Shown piece after piece: positions 58,647-64,000 of a DNA stretch of 64,000 nt. Source of the DNA: a virus (lineage: Duplodnaviria > Caudoviricetes); IMG/VR virus record IMGVR_UViG_3300015214_000001, positions 128,001-192,000 of that record, one strand, 5' to 3'. A program made the position numbers and the translations under genes. The notes below the pieces were generated by a model. It saw only the letters and a list, made by a program, of their open reading frames with translations, was not told where the DNA came from and ran no database searches. The number at the start of each line of letters is the position of its first letter. Positions within the stretch are counted from its first letter, which is position 1.

Positions 58647-59195
58647 TTATTCTCCTGCATATTCTGACAATGCGTATTTGTCATTATCGTAATGGAAGTA
58701 AACAATATCGTCCTCAATTGACCAATGCCAGTTGAGATATTGCAAAAGCAAACCAAGCAATGCTCTAATGTGATCCGATGGGATTGCTTTTGCAATATCT
58801 GTCACTTTATCTTGCAAGGCAGTCACAATTGAGTCGTGTAGCTGTTGGCTTACAGTGAAGCAATCGGCGCGATATTTAGTTACGTCTATCGCCACTGTAA
58901 GCACTTCCTCTCCAATGAATTTGGAACGTTTTCCGCTAACATCATACAATGATGCTTGAAGCGTGAATACGCCGCTAGGTGTTTCATTCACATTGATAAT
59001 CTCACGCGATAAGCCACCGCGCAAGACTACCCCAATAGATTTATTATAAGTACGCCATTGAACTACGCACTGGATTTCCTCATCCTCTGAGGAAATGATC
59101 TCTTTCCCTTGCGGTTGCTTCTTTAGTAGCTTGCCCTCCATATGGCGAACATAGGAATTCGCAACTCTGCTAAAGAATTTCGATAAGATATTCAT
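58647..59195 (-). CDS. Hypothetical protein
   Basis: 182 aa, AAGGAG RBS. Confidence 0.6.
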   Translation of the reverse strand: MNILSKFFSRVANSYVRHMEGKLLKKQPQGKEIISSEDEEIQCVVQWRTYNKSIGVVLRGGLSREIINVNETPSGVFTLQASLYDVSGKRSKFIGEEVLTVAIDVTKYRADCFTVSQQLHDSIVTALQDKVTDIAKAIPSDHIRALLGLLLQYLNWHWSIEDDIVYFHYDNDKYALSEYAGE

Positions 59196-59218
59196 GATTG
59201 CTCCTTTACGTTTTCTCT

Positions 59219-59247
59219 ATTATGGCGACGATGGTACTTGATGTCAA
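59219..59247 (-). promoter_or_regulatory. Sigma70-like promoter
   Basis: TTGACA-17 bp-CATAAT. Confidence 0.7.
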
Positions 59248-59313
59248 TAGCAAAAAAGGCAACTCTATAATTAGAATTGCCTTCTCTGTTAAAATTCCTA
59301 GAAATTTTAACTA

Positions 59314-59628
59314 TTAAATTTCTACTCGGTCACCTGGTTTCTTATTCTTTAGTTCACGCATCCCTTTTTCAATGTGGCGCGGTACTAGTTCTCCCGACCA
59401 TTCAAACATATCTCTATTCAAGTCGCCAAAGCGTCGAATGTCTTGTTTATACAAATATGTATCACCAAAACTATCACTGACTACTTTGTACAACTCATCC
59501 CGATTCCCGCCACGCTCAAGATGCCATAGCACATTGCCGTCAACATCATACCCACGCCATTCATATGCTTTTGTCGATGAGCTTTTATGAGGTGAAATAA
59601 GCCGTTTAGTTCTTGGAGTTAATCACAT
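59314..59628 (-). pseudogene. Small gene with in-frame TGA at codon 2
   Basis: GGGAGG-cgagtt-ATG TGA TTA ACT CCA... continues in frame into track ORF 59314..59532. Confidence 0.5.
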
Positions 59629-59660
59629 AACTCGCCTCCCTGTATTAAAGTACAAGATTA

Positions 59661-60419
59661 TTATACGTGACTTTTATAACGGATTTGCATCGCTAAATCC
59701 ATAGCTTTAAGTCCCAATTTGTAGAGCGCTGGTGTACTTGGCTTAATTTCAGTAACCCATTTGTTATATAACCTACCAGCAACAGATTCTCTAGTAAGTG
59801 GTCTATTGTTCACAAGCCACTTGTCATGCTCATTTAGTTCTTCTTGTCCTTCTAACCAATTTGCCATCTTTGCAACTAACTTGCAGAACTCAGGGTCATG
59901 GTTTAAGTAGCGTAGTTCTGCGAAGTGGATTTTATAATTAGTAAGCCATTTATTACTGATAGTCATGCTAGTGATTTGAAGGCGATATAACAGGCGATGC
60001 TGATTTTTAATATTAGCATCATATAAGTACATTGTTATATTTTGCCCACTATGAAGGACAATTATTATATAACGGTTCAAGTAATCTGACTGTGTAATGA
60101 TCGCTAAATTCCTTAGTGCAGCATAAAACAGACTGATGTCACAATCGTGATCTGGCTGGTATGGATAATTTTCCATTAATTCATCTGCTGAGTTGACCTC
60201 AATAATATGTGGCGAACCGTTTATAAAAGGCTCAACATAGTTTGATGTCTGTTTGATTTGTCCCATCGCCAAGCAGACTCGACAATCATTATTGGCAAGA
60301 CTTAAAAGTGCTTCTGCTGCAAAAATCTCATTAGATAGAACATCGGCTGCGTAGTCGTTGTATGACCAATCTCCCACATCTCCAAATTCTAGGTATGTGT
60401 GTTGATTAATTAAAGCCAT
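59661..60419 (-). CDS. Hypothetical protein
   Basis: 252 aa. Confidence 0.6.
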   Translation of the reverse strand: MALINQHTYLEFGDVGDWSYNDYAADVLSNEIFAAEALLSLANNDCRVCLAMGQIKQTSNYVEPFINGSPHIIEVNSADELMENYPYQPDHDCDISLFYAALRNLAIITQSDYLNRYIIIVLHSGQNITMYLYDANIKNQHRLLYRLQITSMTISNKWLTNYKIHFAELRYLNHDPEFCKLVAKMANWLEGQEELNEHDKWLVNNRPLTRESVAGRLYNKWVTEIKPSTPALYKLGLKAMDLAMQIRYKSHV

Positions 60420-60422
60420 TGA

Positions 60423-60899
60423 TTATTGCCCCTTTTTTTGAACTGAATCCCAAATCACGCTTAATTGTTCTTTGGTTGTTTTGGCAGTTACTAGATATGC
60501 GCTATTAGCATTTACTCCACGTTTAGCATATAAATACCCCGCATATGTTCCTTCGCTACTTTCATTCCAGACAAACAGACTTACATCCGCTAAATCAATC
60601 ATATGCTGATCGCGCTGACCATACATGATCTTAGCTGAACGGTTTTTCTGCAATGGGACATTGATATATTTTGACGGCTCAATATTTGTATTACGTGGTT
60701 GTTTTGAAATTCCGTAGGCCGCATAATCAACGCCGAAACCTATACACAGTTGAACAACCATAGCATCAACACCTAATGGGTTATCACCAACAACAATTAG
60801 CAACCCCAGTTCTTTAGCTTTTTCTATAGCCATTATTACAACTCGGTCAAGCGCGTTATCGTGATAACGTGATCCAGCGATTAGTAACTTGTGCTTCAT
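60423..60899 (-). CDS. SLOG-superfamily (DUF2493/YspA-like) protein
   Basis: LLIAGSR, VGD.P.GVD, RD..M...AD, W...SEGT. Confidence 0.75.
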   Translation of the reverse strand: MKHKLLIAGSRYHDNALDRVVIMAIEKAKELGLLIVVGDNPLGVDAMVVQLCIGFGVDYAAYGISKQPRNTNIEPSKYINVPLQKNRSAKIMYGQRDQHMIDLADVSLFVWNESSEGTYAGYLYAKRGVNANSAYLVTAKTTKEQLSVIWDSVQKKGQ

Positions 60900-60921
60900 A
60901 GATAGTCCTTTTTAACAGAAT

Positions 60922-60951
60922 AAGATAAACGTGGAACTCCACGTTTATCTT
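60922..60951. repeat. Dispersed palindrome copy 3 (AAGATAAACGTGGAACTCCACGTTTATCTT)
   Basis: Core identical to the reverse complement of copy 1; stem extended to 14 bp. Confidence 0.85.
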
Positions 60952-60955
60952 TGTG

Positions 60956-61360
60956 CTATTCGGTGATGTTTCGATATTTAGCATTAAGTGGCAATTCGCG
61001 CAGGTACATCCAGAGCGTATCGCTATCATCGACTAAACCACAAATAACGCCTGAGCCGATGTCATGCGAAATATAAGCCCCTTCAATATTGCCTTCTTTG
61101 ACTTTATCTTCTAAATAAGCAATTGCAGATTTTTCAGAGTCAAAGTATTCCATGCTGGCAATTGGCTCAAAATCAACATCGAATGATGTAACTAAAATGT
61201 AGACAGTTGGTGGTCTCTTAACCATATCACCTAAATAGCCGATTACCATCTGCAAATTAGATAATGCGTATGCTTTATCTTCTTCAATGATATTATCTCT
61301 ATCCAGCAATGATAAAGTTTGTTCAGCTAATCGTTTCATGATTATGAGTTCGTTAAACAT
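60956..61360 (-). CDS. Hypothetical protein
   Basis: 134 aa, AGGAG RBS. Confidence 0.55.
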   Translation of the reverse strand: MFNELIIMKRLAEQTLSLLDRDNIIEEDKAYALSNLQMVIGYLGDMVKRPPTVYILVTSFDVDFEPIASMEYFDSEKSAIAYLEDKVKEGNIEGAYISHDIGSGVICGLVDDSDTLWMYLRELPLNAKYRNITE

Positions 61361-61934
61361 TTAATTCTCCTGTGATAGCACCCCATTTGACAAATGCCTT
61401 ACAGATAAGAACAAAAGCTTCATACAACCCGTACCAGAGCATCGCATTGCCATTCATAGATAAATGGCAGTCACCATTCCAAGCAGTAACAGTTAATAAT
61501 TCCATCGGAAAATTACCTGTTAAAGGTCTGAATGTGTAGCTCAATTTAATGTCATCCAAGTTGAACTCAACACCAATACCCCTATCCTTTAACTCTTTGA
61601 AGTATTCAAAAAGCGTCGCAGGATGAGGGTATTCATATTGGTCTGGGTCAATCATTTCTAAGACAAGACAAAACGACTTGATAGATGGATAATTGTCTAA
61701 GAAATAATTAATGCACTCAAGGTCAAGTGGTTTATGAATATCAAGTACGAAACCTGACATATAGAAGTAATCCCCATCCATCCGCAGTGCCAATTCATTG
61801 ACTTCACAGTACAGACAATCATCATCAAAAAACGCATCAGGACATAGTGCATATAATTCAGGACTAACCGTGCGTGCTTTATATGATTCAATAATGATGC
61901 TAGATAGCGTCTGTGTCATCGTTAATCCTTTCAA
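61353..61934 (-). CDS. Hypothetical protein
   Basis: About 190 aa; likely start MTQTL. Confidence 0.55.
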   Translation of the reverse strand: MKGLTMTQTLSSIIIESYKARTVSPELYALCPDAFFDDDCLYCEVNELALRMDGDYFYMSGFVLDIHKPLDLECINYFLDNYPSIKSFCLVLEMIDPDQYEYPHPATLFEYFKELKDRGIGVEFNLDDIKLSYTFRPLTGNFPMELLTVTAWNGDCHLSMNGNAMLWYGLYEAFVLICKAFVKWGAITGELNV

Positions 61935-62475
61935 GCAAGCTGTCTAAAGCGAATTGGATTTCATCGCTATCATAGCGCAAGGGCAATAGGTCATCATCAG
62001 CATTTGATAATTCTCTGGCAGCGTTAACATCGCCATTAATCAAAGAGATACACTCTACCATTGCAGTGCCAGAGTGAGCAGTCCAAGCGATACATAACAT
62101 ATCGCTATATTCTCTATATTTCCAAAATGCGAACGCTCTATTTTCTTTGCTAAAGGTCAATACCAGTTGATCGTTAACCTTGTATAACATGCCAAACAAA
62201 TGCGGGTACTCCTTAGCAAGGAAGCTATCTTGCGCTTCCTTGATCTTATCCTTGATGTGTTCTTGCTGGATTGCCCAACTTGAGTTATTAACAGAATGAA
62301 CCAGTGCTTCATACTGCTCTACTGATGTTAGCATCGGCATGGCGAGCTTTGCCTCAATTGCTTTTTGCTCCATATCGGCATATTCTAAGTCGCCATTCAG
62401 TCTCCGAATATATGCAGATGTATGTACACAGTCGAGAACTGCCAGCATTTCTTTAGTCAGATCACTTGATCTCAA
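61900..62475 (-). CDS. Hypothetical protein
   Basis: 191 aa, TAAGGAG RBS + TTG start. Confidence 0.6.
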   Translation of the reverse strand: MRSSDLTKEMLAVLDCVHTSAYIRRLNGDLEYADMEQKAIEAKLAMPMLTSVEQYEALVHSVNNSSWAIQQEHIKDKIKEAQDSFLAKEYPHLFGMLYKVNDQLVLTFSKENRAFAFWKYREYSDMLCIAWTAHSGTAMVECISLINGDVNAARELSNADDDLLPLRYDSDEIQFALDSLLERINDDTDAI

Positions 62476-62504
62476 AACGTACTCCTTAATTTATTAATAA
62501 AAGC

Positions 62505-62533
62505 ATTATAGCGGGTGTCTTATCGTTTCGCAA
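62505..62533 (-). promoter_or_regulatory. Sigma70-like promoter (leftward)
   Basis: TTGCGA-17 bp-TATAAT. Confidence 0.65.
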
Positions 62534-62548
62534 TAGCTGGTTTATGGC

Positions 62549-62577
62549 TTGTTTAAGCCAGTGTGATTCCGTATAAT
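62549..62577 (+). promoter_or_regulatory. Sigma70-like promoter (rightward, divergent)
   Basis: TTGTTT-17 bp-TATAAT. Confidence 0.55.
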
Positions 62578-62605
62578 TAGTTGGTTAATAGTAGAGGGGA
62601 TAAAT

Positions 62606-63133
62606 ATGTTTGAAATTGAATTTGATCTAGGTGAATATAAAGTGATCTATGGGTGTTATGGTAGAAACACATGGGGCTATACCCTTAACCCAAAATTGAC
62701 ATATAAAGACAGGCTATATAAAATCAATGGGAGTTTTTACCCCAATTACCCTCAAACATGGCTGAGTGACCTAACTACTGATATTTATATCGGTGATGAT
62801 CGAATATCTAAATGCGCTAAAGGGTTATCGGCGCACGCATTATCGACATTGAAGCCATTTCATTCATTTGTAGCTGATAAAGGTATTACTTTCTGGCAAG
62901 ATGAGGGACAGCAAATTGCAGTTAGAAGGGCATTAAAAGTGTTGGAAGATGAAATGAAGGTCATCATTAAGTTAAGAAATGCGCTTAATCAAGTCGGTGA
63001 ATCTTTAGGGGAGATGAACATAGACGATAACAATGAAAGAGAATTATGGCAGATGCGCTATCATAACACACCATCGACTGGCAAGATACGAGACTTGCTG
63101 AAAAGATTTAATATTGATGAAAATGATTTATAG
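62606..63133 (+). CDS. Hypothetical protein
   Basis: 175 aa, GAGGG RBS, own promoter and terminator. Confidence 0.65.
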   Translation: MFEIEFDLGEYKVIYGCYGRNTWGYTLNPKLTYKDRLYKINGSFYPNYPQTWLSDLTTDIYIGDDRISKCAKGLSAHALSTLKPFHSFVADKGITFWQDEGQQIAVRRALKVLEDEMKVIIKLRNALNQVGESLGEMNIDDNNERELWQMRYHNTPSTGKIRDLLKRFNIDENDL

Positions 63134-63138
63134 CAAAG

Positions 63139-63164
63139 AAAAGGGGACTATCAATCCCCCTTTT
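63139..63164. terminator. Bidirectional terminator
   Basis: AAAAGGGG...CCCCTTTT between convergent genes. Confidence 0.7.
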
Positions 63165-63168
63165 AACA

Positions 63169-63411
63169 TCAGTCTAATGAGATAATGCCATGCTCTACAT
63201 CAGATGTCTTATGTCTTAGCTCAAATGGTTCTTTAGAATAAGTATTGCCATCCCAGTTGACATAAAATTCGTCACCAATAACACCCGTGATATGCCCAGT
63301 GTCACCAACGTTAACAATGAATACTGCGCGAGTGCTTCTTCGCGTATTTGCACTACCGCTAAATATGGTATTTCGAGCTGTTACTTGTTGCCCAATTTTA
63401 AAATCTGCCAT
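63169..63411 (-). CDS. Small SH3/KOW-like protein
   Basis: FKIGQQV...VNVGDTGHITGV....YVNWD. Confidence 0.55.
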   Translation of the reverse strand: MADFKIGQQVTARNTIFSGSANTRRSTRAVFIVNVGDTGHITGVIGDEFYVNWDGNTYSKEPFELRHKTSDVEHGIISLD

Positions 63412-63422
63412 TATCTCTATCC

Positions 63423-64000
63423 TTATTGAAGAAATGCGTCCTTCTCAATGACGTTCCACCATCTATGAAGCATAGTTTCAATGCAGGTGTCCAAGACCCT
63501 GAAATGGTCAGCTATACCAGCATCTAATCGTCTACCCATCCATCCCAATTGTGCTTTTCGGTCAATCCAAGTAGACACGCTGGCGAGTCCATCTGCTATT
63601 GACTTAGCTTTATCTTTGCCGTGAAAATACTGTACTGCATGGTTAGTAGGCCATGTATCGGCAATAAACTCTAAATCCATTGATAGCAGGGTTGCGCTGA
63701 TAGATGTCGCATAAATATCTTTGCGTATGTTCTTATCAATGGTGATACATAACATTAGAACATATCTGCACCCATCGCTTAAATGAACAACATCCCATAT
63801 ATATTGTCGCCACAGATTAACACCATAATCTTTATCGGCAGAAACTTTAATGTTCATGCGATCTAAATGCAATAGAGCGCCTTCCCCTTTATTGCCTAGT
63901 GGGAGATACGTTAGCTCATGCTTTAATGTCTGAATTGCCGCCTTATTTAACTGCTTCTTAGCTTTATTAATGCGCCATGATGCAATTGACGCCGCAGTGC
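63423..64000 (-). CDS. Partial hypothetical protein (5' end outside window)
   Basis: The frame of track ORF 63423..63872 stays open to the window edge. Confidence 0.55.
   Translation of the reverse strand, partial: TAASIASWRINKAKKQLNKAAIQTLKHELTYLPLGNKGEGALLHLDRMNIKVSADKDYGVNLWRQYIWDVVHLSDGCRYVLMLCITIDKNIRKDIYATSISATLLSMDLEFIADTWPTNHAVQYFHGKDKAKSIADGLASVSTWIDRKAQLGWMGRRLDAGIADHFRVLDTCIETMLHRWWNVIEKDAFLQ

Noticed and set aside
1-64000. Stop-codon reassignment (alternative genetic code)
   Set aside because: Long genes are intact under code 11, and TAA, TAG and TGA all terminate genes with tight packing; only one isolated in-frame TGA was seen.
1-64000. CRISPR array, tRNA genes, integrase, DGR reverse transcriptase, intron/intein
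   Set aside because: No regularly spaced repeats, cloverleaf signatures, recombinase, RT or intein/homing motifs recognised by eye; a tRNAscan/HMM run would be needed to exclude them fully.
1-64000. Host assignment (some genes are reminiscent of Chloroflexota-associated phages)
   Set aside because: Impression only; needs homology or CRISPR-spacer matches.

Overview
64 kb of an AT-rich tailed dsDNA phage (Caudoviricetes, probably siphovirus-like), almost all encoded on the minus strand. No integrase, lysis gene, tRNA or CRISPR array was recognised, and the host is undetermined. About 0.3-42 kb is the virion module, read right to left: ParB-like protein, a cluster of probable internal head proteins, HGGxSTG-type small terminase, large terminase, a 1196-aa portal with amplified repeats and a fused 2H phosphoesterase, a 994-aa protease-scaffold-HK97 capsid fusion, head-tail and tail genes, a tail chaperone pair with a C CCA AAC -1 frameshift, tape measure, and tail-tip/fibre proteins. 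About 42-64 kb is an accessory region: RtcB plus a Pol-beta (RlaP-like) nucleotidyltransferase, an amino-methyltransferase, a dATP/dGTP diphosphohydrolase, ASCH and SLOG proteins, and many small ORFs behind sigma70-like promoters. Best candidate new system: two parallel cassettes of [paralogous ~90-115 aa protein]-[PAPS-reductase/PP-loop gene broken exactly at a G8 tract]-[overlapping DNA/nucleotide-modifying enzyme]. These look like poly-G phase-variable DNA-modification switches, and a third (G11, in-frame) tract lies in a tail-fibre-region gene. Between the cassettes is a 798-aa protein that looks like two beta-clamp protomers fused into one chain. All family assignments come from motif recognition by eye; no searches were run.
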